A DNA stretch of 59,312 nt, counting the filler, from Catajapyx aquilonaris (Eukaryota): assembly GCA_000934665.2 (NCBI GenBank). It is 4 parts of 4 records of this genome, joined end to end, with 100 filler letters (N's around TTAATTAATTAA, not from the genome) between each part and the next. Parts side by side here need not be neighbours in the genome. Positions count along the whole stretch, not along the records: positions 44,563 to 59,312 come from JYFJ02007698.1; 3 more parts are not named here. One strand, written 5' to 3'. Positions 45,549 to 58,749 of the stretch are shown here, piece by piece; positions within the stretch are counted from its first letter, which is position 1, and each line of letters opens with the position of its first letter. Under the pieces are notes generated by a model. It was given only the letters and a program-made list of their open reading frames with translations, had not been told where the DNA came from and made no database searches. The translations under genes were made by a program, and so were the position numbers.

Positions 45549-48500
45549 CTGATGTGGGTTGAATTGACCACCCTGTGCAAAGGCTCTTTGCTAGGAAGCA
45601 CAAACAGAGCATGTTTAGGATTAGACACCACAATCACTGGCCAATCCCCATGCTTAACATCCACAAAGGAGAACAATCCATGATCCACCACTGCCACTCT
45701 GTAAAGTCGGTTATCTTTCCAATCACCAAGCTCCAGCTCTAACGTCCCGGTGTGATGCAATGCATACATGGCAGGTACAGTTCCTCCAAGAGTGTGGTAG
45801 TGACCACAGAGGTACACATGAGCAGAGGACATGATTTGTCTGACCCCTGGATTGGGTGCCAATATTGCTGATGTTGGATAATGTCCAAACCAGAGGGTGA
45901 AGTTTGGTGTAGCTGGGCCAAAGCTGGATTCAAAGGAATGAAGGGCAGCAGTTTCTGCTTCTGAAAGCATCCCAATAAAATTGAAAGGGCGGCGGGGTCC
46001 AGGTTCGAGGCAAGCATCCATTGCAATAAATGCGTAAGTGTCACTGCCCTTCTCCAGCTTGTAAGAGTAGGACCGGGGATGTAAGCGGCCTTGGATGGAA
46101 TATGTCTTGTAAAAGTTGGCTTTGCTCTCTAGGTTCAGCACATTGAAGTTGTCTGTAATTATGGAAAGAAAAAGCATATGAGAGGTCTCAAAGGCCACCA
46201 TAGTAGTCAGATCGTTATAGTAGTATGTCACATGATTTAGATAAAAAATGAACATGATCCAAATCTGCATTATTTATCACATTATTACCTGGCCATTGCA
46301 CATTGTGTCCAAACGCGGAAATGCTTGGACAAATATGGCTTCCATCCCGCGCGGATTTGTCACGACAGTCATGATATTCCTCTGAGTTTCAAGACGAAAA
46401 GTAGTGAATTTCATAAGTTTCTCTTTGAATGACACACCAAACGAATGACTAGACTCCCCTGTTATAGATTCACTTAGTTTTAAGTGCACATAATTGCAAC
46501 TTTTGTTGGGGTAGCATGACAAATGCTGCCTCCTTTTTGGAAAAAATGTGCATTATGTGGTATTGAAACGTAGTGAGTCTATAACGAGGGAGTCTAGTCT
46601 TTCGTGTAAGGAAGCGAGGTTTCTCTCACAGCAGTCTTCTAGCCTCTTCGATGAATAGCAATTAGCATGCTCCCTGTAGGTCCTACCTCGAAATGTCCCT
46701 ATCCAACATTGATCAGGATGGTCTGGGTTGCAACATATCCAATTTTCAGCCAAATCGAACGGAAGGCCACTTGCCCATATATTTTGTGCCTCATCCTTTG
46801 GCCACTCTGGGGATCTTTAACGTGCACTCGCGCAATGTCACAAGCACACAGGACCGACAGCTTTACTTCCCCTCCGAAGGAAGGCACACTCTCACTTTTC
46901 TACCACCCGGAGAAAAGTCACCGACCTCGGCCGGGTTCGAACCCACAACCTTGGGACCAGAGGCGAGCGCGCTAACCACTAGTCCACCAAGGCAGGCTTG
47001 ATTGACTGTGAGATTTCTTTCTTTACGTACTGTGCTCTTGCTCCTCATTTCGCAAGATCATTTAATAGTTTACAAAATAATTTAAAGCTCGCGGCCCACA
47101 GTTTGGGAACCACTGATCTAGAGCAGCCCCCGGTCACTTCTATCCCAGGCCAATAGAAAAGGCTGTGCCATTATCTCTTCCCACCCAGGCGCTAGTGTAT
47201 TCCCACTGGAATACTACTCACTGCATCATAAGGACTAGGAACCCTGGCGGTACAACTCTCCATCTTGGTGAATTGATCGGTAGCTAGGTGTTAATGCAGA
47301 GTTGTACAGTCAGGGTCGCTAGTCATTATGATGCAGTGAGTTCCACAGCGTGATTCCATTGCAGATATACTAGTGCCAATGAGGGAAGAGTTAACGGCAC
47401 GCAAGATGGTGGCGAGTGCTCCGACGTATTTAGTTTAGTTTAGTTTTATTTGTGTACCCAGCTAGGCAGATGCCTATACATGGGGGGCTCCCTCGGATCT
47501 TCATTTTACAAAAATATTCGCTACAGCATATCCTTAGGTCCCTTTATGTACGGCTTAAAAAATGCAAAGTGCATGGTAGCTGCAAAGGGGGGTGGTGAGG
47601 AGGGAGGGGGGGNGTGGGGGGGGAGAGACATAAGTTTGTATTGCTTATTTGTACTATGTACATTCATATCAAGATGTCACAAAACCGCAGTTTAGAGATT
47701 ACCGATTTAAAGAAAGCCCCTATTATCCGTTGGTTGCAAGGGTGCAAGTTAAGCAATAGTGTATGTGCTTTATCTGGGGGTAGTTTTGGAATGTCTTTTT
47801 ACAACCTACGTTGTACGTTGAAAAATGTGCAGCTGTAAAACAGATCATACAGGTTGAAATCTTCCTCGCTATTGCATAGAGAACAAGGATCGTCTTTGGA
47901 CCAGTGCAACTTGTACCCTTCGTAATAGATGTAGGGAGCTCTTGAACGTAGTGAACATAATAACCGCATCAAGTGCAATGGTTGATCATTAGGGCGGCTC
48001 GAAAAACACTTTTTTTCGAAAGTTGTAGTTCGCTAGTGAAAAAAAGTTGTGTTGGGCGATCCTTTTAACAGGTAAAAAATCTGAGTCATGTGGGTTAATA
48101 TCCTACGGCTCCGCCAGGGGCGTAAGTGACGCAACTTCCGGTTTTTCGTTTTTTGGTGTGAGAGTACACTTACCCGGCCTAAACATGAAAAGTTGTGGCC
48201 CTTTGGGGATGAAATGTCGTTATTTTTGCGATATCTTGCACCGTTGACGAGATATTGACCAAAACCCCAGGTTCAAAAATTACACCGTTCTGCAAAAAAA
48301 CACTCTCTTTCGCTCTTTTGAAAACCTTTATGTGCTTTTTATGGATTTTGGGGTTCTGAATCCGAATCCGGCAACAGATTTGCTCTATCACGTACAGTTC
48401 TTGAGATATATAGTTTTAAAACTTTGGACGGTTTACTAGGGGGATTTCCGAATCAAGTGGGCCTAAATGTTGCTAGACCGCCTTAGATCTTGGTGAAAAT

Positions 48501-51500
48501 AAGCTCAGATGTACTCATCGATTCCTTAATGCTGCCTATAAAAATTCAGCCATATTTCTCAATACTATGATGAGGGGAAAAATCGCAAACATCTGGAAAT
48601 GGCTGAGAATGAGGCCTTTTTTGGAGATTTTTTTTCGGTTAGTGCAAGTGGTCAAACCCCAATGAACATATATATCAAAAGAAAGGGAAACACCAGGACA
48701 ATGCGCCTATGGAATTAGTATTCCTCTAAAATGTAAAGATAAATTTTTATAGCATTTCATTAGTCACTTGCACAGTCACATGCCCAAGAATATATTGTGA
48801 CCCCAACATGTTCTGCAAAAAAATCCTATTTTGGATAAGGGTAGTTGCACTATATAGATGAAGGTGTGCTGAATCCAGATCTGAAGTCAGAATGGCTCTA
48901 TCACGTACATATTTTGAGAAAACGCAAATTTTGGGAGATACGACACGTAAATCAAGAATTGTTGTTTTTCACAGTTGTCGCAGTGTATATCCAGGACTGC
49001 GTAAGGGTTTTCCCCACAGGACTGCCCGAACCAGTGATATACGTTTTTGTATAAGTGTAAAAGTTATGAGAGGGAGTCGGCCAAGGACAGTCGATTATAA
49101 TTGTTGAGGTCACAATGTATTCTTGGGCATGTGACTGTGCAAGTGACTAATGAAATGCTATAAAAATTTATTTTTACATTTTAGAGGAATACTAATTCCA
49201 TAGGCGCATTGTCCTGGTGTTTCCCTTTCTTTTGATATATATGTTCATTGGGGTTTGACCACTTGCACTAACCGAAAAAAAAATCTCCAAAAAAGGCCTC
49301 ATTCTCAGCCATTTCCAGATGTTTGCGATTTTTCCCCTCATCATAGTATTGAGCAATATGGCTGAATTTTTATAGGCAGCATTAAGGAATAGATGAGTAC
49401 ATCTGGGATTATTTTCACCAAGATCCGAGGCGGTCTAGCAACATTAGGCCCACTTGATTCGGAAAGACCCCTAGTAAACCGTCCGAAGTTTTAAAACTAT
49501 ATATCTCAAGAACTGTACGTGATAGAGCAAATCTGTTGCCGGATTCGGATTCAGCACCCCAAAATCCATAAAAAGCACATAAAGTTTTCAAAAGAGTGAA
49601 AGAGAGTGTTTTTTTGCAGTACGGTGTAATTTTTGAACCTGGGGTTTTGGTCAATATCTCGTCAACGGTGCAAGATATCGCAAAAATAACGACATTTCAC
49701 CCCCAAAGGGCCACAACTTTTCATGTTTAGGCCGGGTAAGTGTACTCGCACACCAAAAAACGAAAAACCGGAAGTTGCGTCACTTACGCCCCTGGCGGAG
49801 CCGTAGGATATTAACCCACATGACTCAGATTTTTTACCTGTTAAAAGGATCGCCCAACACAACTTTTTTTCACTAGCAAACTACAACTTTCGAAAAAAAG
49901 TGTTTTTCGAGCCGCCCTATTGATCATAGAACAGGTAGTCTTGGCCCCCAAAGGAGGGCTGGAGATCTTGATAAAATGCGTGCCCGGTAGAACTCGCTAG
50001 GCTTGCTATATCTTGCTGGATAGTATTATTTATAAATTTGGTGATTAAGTCCTTACATAGTATTATATCTTGTTGGGATTGATCCCAGTATTCCCACGCT
50101 ATACCCATGATTTTGAGGATGTCTTGGACCTGTGTGAACCAATTATTGTCCGTTTTCGAATCCTTTGTGGTCATTAGGTAGTTGAAAGCTCGTTTGGGCA
50201 ATCTATCGTTTGGCATTTGTTTAAGCGCTACTAGGAACTTTAAAAGTTTTTTTACCAGTGAAATGCCCAACGGACGACGGCCTGTCTCGAGCCGCACTAA
50301 GTAATTTGGCGTATTTCTAGGTAGCCTTAAGTAGTATTTTATGAAATGAAGCTGGATCTGGTCCAAAACTTGCCAGTGGTTTAGTGCCCACAGATGGGCA
50401 TTGTAAAGTACAATTGGGGCTACTTTCGTGTTAAATATTCTCATTGCGACGTTTAGTCTACGTACATCTAGTTTCGTTAGGATCACTTGGGACGCCGCTG
50501 ATACCGTCTTTGCTCTAGTCAGTATTTGCGCTAGATGCTTGTTAAACTTGGTCGATGATGCGAATACCACTCCCAAATATTTATAATCCTCCACTACACT
50601 TATTTTTTCCCCTTGAATGAAAAGGCATTCCGACCTTGCTATGTGGCCTCCCCGTCGACAGACCATCATTTTGGTTTTGCTTGAGTTTATAGTTAAACCC
50701 TTCTGATTAAAGTAAGTCGCGCCCCGACGTATTCTTCTAAGATAGTGATCTAGAGTCACAAGTTGGGGCTCATGTTAGTGAAGTGGTTTCCAACCTTTTA
50801 CCAACTGCGACCCCCTAAACACGTTTCCATAAATGTGCGACACCCCCCCCCCTTCCCCTGGCCCCTCCTATACAACTGCCCCCTTTCCAGAAAACATACA
50901 CTCTGTACGGCTGCAAAAATTGTTCAATTGACACAGAAATTGCAAAAATTAAAGTTGAACGAAGGCTCGCAACCCCCTGGTTGGAAACCACTGTGTTAGT
51001 GGTAGGTGAAGGTTTATGCAGGTCCCTGAGACATGAACATTATTTCAAGGATCTGCTAGCAGGGTGTCTAGCAAACCTAAGGAAAAAAATTCTCTGATAT
51101 TCCTTGGTTTCCCAGTGCTCATTTGACGAAATTTCCCTGATTCGAATAGCTTCTATGGTGCAATGTGTATTGACATTTGTTGGGAAACCACTGAAAAATA
51201 CAAGCAGCTCAATGACAAATTTGCTCAATTGTGTTGACAGAAAGAGTTGCTATGTGTCTGGTAGATCGTAAACCCATAGAAAGAGCCCTTACACCCCACA
51301 AGGGATGAACTCCCACCCAAGGTGGAGCCAGTGGCAAGGCAGTTGTGAGGAGAAGGGTGGCTGGTGCCCACACTGCCACTGTCACTGATTCCTCATCAAG
51401 AAGAATTCCAGACAGGCAACATAATTCCCTGATTTTTCCAGAACAATAAAATTCCCTGATATTCCAGGTTTTACAGGTTGCAATACACCCTGGCTAGGAT

Positions 51501-54500
51501 AAAAAGGCTGAGAAACGCTACTCTAAAGTAATATTTATGCACTGTACATACCATGATTCCCACGGATATCAAGCCAGATAGTCTGGTTTTCCACTTGACA
51601 TTCTTCAAGTGCCTCTTTGTAGAACTCCCACTCCTTCACATGCTGAGTTGATCCAATGTTATCATTAGCCTTTGCATCAGTTAGATCACCTGCAGGATCA
51701 CAGTGCAACCATTAAATATGATCAATGGAGTTTCTAATAACACAGCTTCCCAAAGCATTCATAATTCACTGCATTGACAGTTATCTACCTTACTTGTGCG
51801 AGTACACCCCCTTCAGCTTTGATTATGGCATATTAGGCATGAATTTCATTTCAATGGTGGTCAAATGTCTGCCAATGGTCAGTGATGGTACTAGTCTGGG
51901 CCCTAAGCGCGAACTACGCACTTTGTGATAAGAAGGTGCCACTTGGTACACATGTTCCCTAGGCCTATACTCCTATAGGATTCATTTGAGAGTTGGCGCC
52001 ACCTGATCGGCCCCTTATGTCAGGACTTATGCGGTGTAGCCAACCTGGTCCATGACCTAAGCATTTTAACTCTGCACTTTATGATAAGAAAGTGCCACTT
52101 GGTAAATATGTTCACTAGGCCTATATGAGCCATTTGCGAGATGGCGGCATCAGATAGACCCCTTACGTTAAAAAGAAAAAAAACAACATTTCATGTCCTT
52201 TGCATATACCCCAGTTTACAGAAAATTCCGCAATTGGCAGGGTTTTGCTCTGCTCAGGGTCCGTTATGGACAGGTGTCACCTCATTACCCTGTGATACAT
52301 CGGCAGAGTGCATCTGTATCATTTTCTGCCATTCTCATGCGGTTTTATCCGACTTTTAGGACATTTCCATGTTTTGAGCACCATGGGTTGGCATTCTTGG
52401 CAACAACGCATAACTCGTGACCTAAGGGGCCGATCCGGTGCCGCCATCTCTCAAATAGCTCCTATAGGCCTAGAGAACATGTCTGGCCCCTTCTTATCAC
52501 AAAATGCTAAGTTAAAAACCATTAAAAAAGCTTCGGTCCCGGACCAGGTCTGCAACACAGCATAACTCTTGGCATAACTCGAGACCAGCCCCCGGACACT
52601 CCCCCTATAATCATTCTTATCGCCTGACGCGGCGTTTTGCGGGAGGTGCTCACTTGAGAGTGCCTTTCACATCTGTAATGATCTGTAAATACATGTGGCG
52701 ACCCTACCAGACAGCACTGCCAAGGTCAAAATTAATAATCTCATACTCAAATGAGATTCTTAATTTTGACTGACTCTTCCCTTCTACCTAAGTTCAGCGC
52801 TGTCCAATAGGGTGGCCACATGTATATACAGATCATTACAGATGTGAAAGGCGCTCTCAAGTAAACACCTCCCACAAAACGCCCTGTCAGGCAATGAGGA
52901 GTCACCAGACCTTAGTATGCTAAGGCCATGCTTGAGACCTAAGGGGCCAATCAGGTGCCGCCATCTCTCAAATGCCTCCTATTGGGCTAGGGGACATATT
53001 TGCCAAGTGGTACTTTCTTATCACAAAATAACAAGCACCAAGGGTGTTTCTGGGATCTGTTCCTCTCCTCATTATTTGGATCTGCCAGTTGGCAAGGGCA
53101 GCTCTACCCTTCATCCTGTCCTTTGAAATGTTCTTGTGGCTGAACTCTGGTTTTAATCCTTCAGTCTGTGGCCAATTAATAACCAATTAATAACTACAAC
53201 ATTTAGGAGAAAAATTCAAATCCCAACAACATGGCAGCTCCGTATGCCACATGTTTGAACATGCTCCTGATGAGTGAACTGCAAAACCATGCCAGAATTT
53301 ACAATGTGTGCATTCCATAGTACCAGAATAATGCCAACATGACAAATATTTTCCAATTTGACTCCTTTAGTGGCAGAGGTGGATGGTAAGAACTACCTGG
53401 AACCCTGAAGGACCCAGTGAGGGACAAACATTTATGCCTGCAGAGTAAAACTTTGCCAAAAGAACAAGAGTGGCGGAAACACCATATGGCCCAAGTACAG
53501 GCCCAGAAATGCCCACTTGCAAACCCTTTAACAATCAATGAGAAGGTTGAAAGTCAAACCTGACTAGACCTACATGACATACATCACACTGGTGCTAGCC
53601 AACAGTCACATAGTATAGGGTGGCCAAAAAGTCCTGCATCAATGGGAGGAGCCATGATTTGCTTTGTAATGGCATTTTGTCTTTCCACAGGTGAACCATA
53701 TTGACCACTGACCAGAATGAATAACTTGTTCTCTTCTGTAGACGCAAAGACTACACCCACTGTCGTCCCTGAATTTTTGGAGCGATCTGCTCATGGTGCT
53801 TTGAGCTATGGGCTCTTTCTGTGGGTGACTTCGATTAAATACTGCCACAATGTCTCTGTGGGTGTAGCCTTCACGCCCACAGAGGAGAATGATTTCCACT
53901 TGCTCGCCAGTGGTCAACATGGTTCACTTGCAGAAAGACAAAACACTATTACAAAGCAAATCGCAGACCTCCCCATTGATGTGGGACTTTTAGGCTACCA
54001 TGTAGAATAATTCCAACCACAATTTATCGAGGCAATAATTTCAAGAGAAAATATTCAGCATTTAATGACTGAAACACTGTTCTTCTTAATTTAGAAAAAT
54101 GGTGGAAAACTATTGTTAATGATGGGTAACAAAATCATTTCACTATTCCACATTCACTGAACATGCTAATAATCCATAAAATCACAATTGCAACCCCCCC
54201 ACCCACCTTATATGTCCTGTACAGCAGCTCATATCCATAGCAGTTGACACATAATCATTTAAGCCAATTTAGCAATCTCTGGCTAAGAGAAGTGCATCAT
54301 GCTTTACAAGCAAGCTACCATGGCACAGTAGCATATGTAGGATAAAAACTCACATGCCTCTGAGATTGTTTTTGGGACACCTGTATACTACAGTCAAGCC
54401 ACTGAACCCTGTTTCAAATCTGACCTGAAGCAATGACTAGTGCAGGCTTGATGGTCCTAATAGTCTTGGAGCAAAATTCCTTGAAGTCCGATATTCTGGT

Positions 54501-54749
54501 TGGATCATGATAGACACTGATATGAATATCAGTTATCTGTATGAACCAAACCAGATGCTCCATGCTGTCCGCCATGATGACATCATTTGGGCGGCCATCA
54601 CTAGCACTGTTTGCTCCATCTCTGAAGACATGCCCATAACTGCGGAGTCCATCCCTGTCAACGGTCAGGACGCTGGAAATTTTTGCTGCCAAGACAGACA
54701 GCAGTAGAACTGCCACAAGAACTGCCAGCGTGACTTTAGACAGTCGCAT
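45549..54749 (-). CDS. TMEM62: Transmembrane protein 62 (calcineurin-like metallophosphoesterase domain), 5' part
   Basis: Exons 54749-54425 (WFIQITDIHIS), 51689-51552 (GDLTDAK...WLDIRGNH), 46152-45549 (DAC.PGPRRPFNFIG, WFGHYPTS, YLCGHYHTLGG, LELELGDWKDNR, STHIR). The C-terminal exons were not found before the gap. Confidence 0.93.
46690..46997 (-). mobile_element. tRNA-derived SINE
   Basis: Head with A box (GGTGGACTAGTGG) and B box (GGTTCGAACCC), followed by a non-tRNA body. The 3' end is approximate. Confidence 0.8.
47165..47400. mobile_element. Degenerate palindromic MITE
   Basis: Inverted arms, e.g. actcactgcatcataaggactag / ctagtcattatgatgcagtgagt. Confidence 0.65.
47429..50759 (-). 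mobile_element. 5'-truncated LINE remnant, interrupted by a foldback element
   Basis: ORF 50759-49917 has RT C-terminal motifs (GLTINSSKTKMM, YKYLGV). It continues across the insertion (YDQ|PLHLMR) to CSLCNSEEDFNLYDLFYSC and ends in AATAAA plus an (ACTAA)n tail. Confidence 0.88.
47990..49919. mobile_element. Foldback element with ~820-bp inverted arms (hAT-like: TAGGG ends, 8-bp TSD)
   Basis: Arms 47990-48808 and 49102-49919 are near-identical inverted copies. TSD TTGATCAT at 47982-47989 and 49920-49927. No transposase ORF. Confidence 0.93.
50781..50993. mobile_element. hAT-type MITE
   Basis: AGTGGTTTCCAACC...GGTTGGAAACCACTG; 8-bp TSD TGTTAGTG on both sides. Confidence 0.85.
51918..53030. 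repeat. Composite repeat with direct and inverted ~100-bp modules
   Basis: The module gataagaa.gtgccacttgg...catttg.gag.tggcg..cc...cccctta occurs at ~51920 and ~52075, and inverted at ~52420 and ~52935. A second inverted pair lies at ~52617-52706 / 52808-52890, with a related piece at ~44340-44425. Confidence 0.7.
53616..54385 (-). mobile_element. Decayed Tc1/mariner-superfamily element (HTH remnant)
   Basis: Ends AGGGTGGCCAAAAA / TTTTTGGGACACCTG. The ORF MLTTGEQVEIILLCG...FNRSHP...QSTMSRSLQKFRD resembles a transposase N-terminal HTH. Confidence 0.7.
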
Positions 54750-55093
54750 TGCCAGGTCACGGATCTTTAGCTGCTAGCTCATAGCTGAAAAATTAGAAAG
54801 TAAGTGATGAGAGGTGAAAGAATTTTTGGTGACAACAAAGGCAATTCAAGTAAGAAGCAATGAGTTTGCTTTTTAGTCGAGGATTGGGGGTGCGCTGCAG
54901 GACAGGTAACATAACCTGACCCTTGCTTGACCTTTAGCTGGACCCCAAATTGTAATATTTTTATGATATTTGGTATTTTGCTACCCGAAACTGAAGTGGA
55001 AGATTAACAGAAAGACCCTTTTGGGATGAGTAGTGAACAGGTGAAGGGCTTGAAATTATTCCAAATTTTAGTCCAAGCATATAATCTTAAATA

Positions 55094-55836
55094 CAGGGTG
55101 TCCCACTACTTCCCGAACCGGCAAAATGGCGCATAACTGGTAAACCACTTCATGTAGGGCGATGAAATTTTACGGGGACATAGCTTGATCCATGAGAAAA
55201 ACCGGCAAGCGAAAATCCCCACGCGATACACGAGGAACCGCTCCATTCTGAGAAAGTTGGCCTGTGGTGTGGGATTTCACGACGTCACATTGTTGGACCC
55301 GTATTCTTCAATTCAACAGTGACATCCGACGTGTACCTCCAGATTTTCGACACTTTCGTGCAGCAGTTGGACGATGAAGAACTCACATTGGGCTACTTTC
55401 AGCAGGACGGAGCAACATGCCACACATCGAGGGTCAGTATGGCCGTCATCAATACCTTCTTCGCAGGCCGAGTCATTACCAAGGGGATTTGGCCACCACG
55501 ATCACCCGATTTAACTCCACCGGATTATTTCCTGTGGGGTTACCTAAAAGGACAGGTCTACTAAAACAAACCAATAACTATCCAGCACTGCAGGAAAATA
55601 TCAGTTCCGCAATTGAGGGGATAACTCTCGAGATGTGCTGGCCTGCACTTTCGCGAACATCGAGCATCGTGTTCAGACCTGCTTGGACGCAAACGGGGGC
55701 CACTTTCAGCATCTTCTATGACAATATGTTACTTTCACAGACCAAGGTATGTACCCGTAAAATTTCATCGCCCTACATCAAGTGGTTTACCAGTTGTGCG
55801 CCATTTTCCCGGTTCGGGAGGTAGTGGGACACCCTG
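55094..55836 (+). mobile_element. Internally deleted Tc1/mariner-superfamily element (D-38-D spacing, rosa-like motifs)
   Basis: ~85-bp TIRs CAGGGTGTCCCACTAC..., TA TSD. FQQDGATCH...WPPRSPDLTPPDYFLWGYLK, with a stop and a frameshift downstream. Confidence 0.92.
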
Positions 55837-56039
55837 TACAATAAAACACCATTGACATATTTAACTATGACTAAGTTACTGTTCCAAGGAGAATTCCAGA
55901 ACATGCATGTACAGTACAGTATATACTATGGCCTTCATTCTGGCATGTTGATGCTTGATGTTAAAGAATGTTTGGCATGAAAATTCCTGTGTAATTTTAG
56001 ACACCCTTCCAAAATGGTTTGACAGATGTTAATTAACTT

Positions 56040-56509
56040 GGGGGAGACGGAGTGGCACCGCGGTAACGTGCGCGCCCATGGATGTTAAGGTCCCGGGTTC
56101 GATCCCAGCCTGGGGACACCCCCTTCATCTCGTGCAGAGGTCGGTCACCTCTGGCTTCGTCTCGGGTGGTATTTCCTACAGACTAAGGTATATAGTCTGG
56201 TGACCCCGGGTAGCTTGCCCCCTGGGGTAACTTGTTGTTTACTGCTATCCTTTTACATATGTTCCCATGGTGTTTGCCCGCGGGCAAGCTTACCCGGGGT
56301 CACCAGACTAGGGGCCTAAACCACCCGGGGGAGCTCACTAAAAATGGCCACACGTCAGATGCACTGCACTTGCACATCCCCTCCTGTCATCCTGCCCGTG
56401 GGCCCGGGCACTTCAATAATAGGATTCCCAGAATTGTACACCATCACAATAAAGGTCTGGCAAAAAACCCCTATGGGGTTAGCCGAATACCCAATGAATA
56501 ATCATTATT
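56040..56509 (+). mobile_element. Full-length tRNA-derived SINE with 14-bp TSD
   Basis: A/B boxes (TGGCACCGCGG, GGTTCGATCCC), (ATT)n tail, TSD atgttaattaactt at 56026-56039 and 56510-56523. Confidence 0.88.
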
Positions 56510-57119
56510 ATGTTAATTAACTTTGACTAATCACCATTATCTGTCTAATTATGTTAGTGTTGTGATTCTGTAGTCTAGAGAATGACATTTGAAGAGCCCA
56601 CTCTTGGCCACTAACAAGTATTAGTGTTATCACTCCCCAGGTCAGAGCATAATTATGCGGTCCAGCAGGTTGAAATTAATGACCATTATGAAGTCAATGG
56701 ATGAGTCAATGAGGTGCAAGGGTGGTGCCATACACGTCGGCGGGGCCAGGCCGTCCGGAGTAGTGGCGGGGGNAGTACCGTGTTGCATAGTGTAATATTT
56801 AAATTTAATATTAGTGTCTGTCGTCTGAGGTGGGCAGGGGTGGGGGGTGGGACGGGTTGTTTTGAGGTTTATTTTCACAAGTTTTAATTATTAGTTCATA
56901 TGTTGGGTTAGCTTGACTACCCCTCATAGGGAAATGTCATGATGTTGATGATGATGAAGCCAATTAGCAGGGAGGCAACCTTTCATCAAGGCCATTGCTT
57001 GTGAGGCAGTTTCCCCAGGCATAGAGTAAGAGTCTACACCAGGGCTACTCAAATGGTGGCCCACAGTCTGGAACTGGACCCTGAGACCATTTTGTCCAGA
57101 CCACAGGAAAATACAAGTA

Positions 57120-58749
57120 CAGTACCGATCAGAAAGAATGGTAGGTCTCTGCATGGAAATTTTTCATCCTGACTGTTGAAGGCTTCCCCGCAACACATGG
57201 AGGGGGCAGCAGGGGGTGGTAAGGTGGGGTGGACAACTCCGCCTCCTCAAGACCAGACGCGATTAATGCCCGCTTGGGAGGTGAAAGCGAGGTCGGGGCA
57301 TTTTGGATAGCCTTGAACCGCTGTGCACTGAATTGACGAGATTATTGCTCAATGCTCATTGCAGTGTTATGGCCGTTATCTCTCGTAAATTAGGCCCAGT
57401 TACAAAACAATTCCGATACTCTACAATGGTTATCAATGATTTTCCTTTCATTGTTTACCTGTCTTACCGAAGCAGTGGTGGCGGAGGGGATATGGTATCC
57501 GACTGCTAATCGGGAGGTCCTGGGTTCGAATCCCGGGGCCGGCAACTCTAACCGTGGTTTTCTGTGGTTTCCCACGGTCCTTCCAGGAGAATTCTGGAGT
57601 TGTTTCCTAAACTAATAGGCCACAGCCACCTCCTTCCTTTCCTATCCTATCTCAAAAAGCGCAGTAAAAACGAAACGAAGAGTTCCAGTCAAAAAAAAAT
57701 ATCCCCCCTAAAGAGCCGCCGGCTGAAAACGGGGTATGAATTATTATTACCTGTCTTTTCATGTTGGGGGATCAAAATGTGAGCATCTAGGAGGTCGTTA
57801 ATTTCACGGTACGATTTTTTGTGGTTGCCAACGAAAAAAAATGGAACCACTCATGTTAAGCAACATTTACCATACGACACACATCACCCCTACAATGCAA
57901 TTACGTGTTTTCCTATTTTCGTACCCCTTTCTGGACTTTCGAATTTACCCAAAAATTGCCAAGCCGCATTACGCGATGTTTGATGTGAATAGGTTAAGTT
58001 GGCGAAACTAAGCCACTCACATTGTATTTCACGCCTGATTTGGTAGGCATTCTAGCGCCGTGTGTTACCCATGTCCCACGGCAATAACCGTATGCCGATG
58101 CAAATATTACACCGGTCGTTGTGACGATCATAAAGATATGCGACAACGATTGCGTCGCCAGTGATCATGCTGCATCAGTACCCTCTTGCTTACATGACAC
58201 CTTTACAAGTGAGACATTTTCACCTGTCTGCTGTTTGACGTGCGATAATGCGTGGCATTAAGTTTAGTGGCGGCGGATAAAACCTGGTGTTACTTATTCT
58301 TCAACGAAATGTGACTGTGGAGCTGATACATGTTGGTTGTGCGGTATACGTCCCATTCGTCATCCCATTAATGCAGAATGGTCAGCCTCTAGAGATGGTG
58401 ATGGTGTTGTGACACTTTCCTGCCACTTGGAATGAAGGCAGAGGTGTGATTTTGTGATGATCAATAATTATAAAGATTATATTTGTTCGGCGCGGACATA
58501 ACACTGCAATGAGCATTGAGCAATATTCTCGTCAATTCAATGCACGGCGCTTCAAGGTTATCCAAAATGCCCTGACCTCGCTTTCACCTCCCAAGCGGGC
58601 ATTAATCAGGTCTGGTCTTGAGGAGGCGGGGGTTGTCTGCCCCACCTTACCACCCCCTGCTGCCCCCTCCATGTGTTGCGGGGAAACCCTCGACAGTCAG
58701 GATGAAAAATTTCCATGTAGAGACGTACCATTCTTTCTGAGCGGTACTG
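57120..58749. mobile_element. Non-autonomous Tc1-like element with ~250-bp TIRs
   Basis: TA|CAGTACCGATCAGAAAGAATGG ... CCATTCTTTCTGAGCGGTACTG|TA; arms 57120-57371 and 58497-58749. Confidence 0.85.
57477..57750 (+). mobile_element. tRNA-derived SINE nested in the Tc1-like element
   Basis: GGTGGCGGAGGGG...GGTTCGAATCCC head, body shared with 44754-45006, (ATT)n tail. Confidence 0.8.

Noticed and set aside
46920..46997. tRNA genes (also near 56045, 57477 and 59076)
   Set aside because: A/B boxes are present but there is no full cloverleaf, and each continues into a SINE-like body (tail or TSD visible for some).
48047..49862. Duplicated 66-aa ORFs on opposite strands
   Set aside because: Incidental ORFs within the foldback arms, with no recognisable domain.
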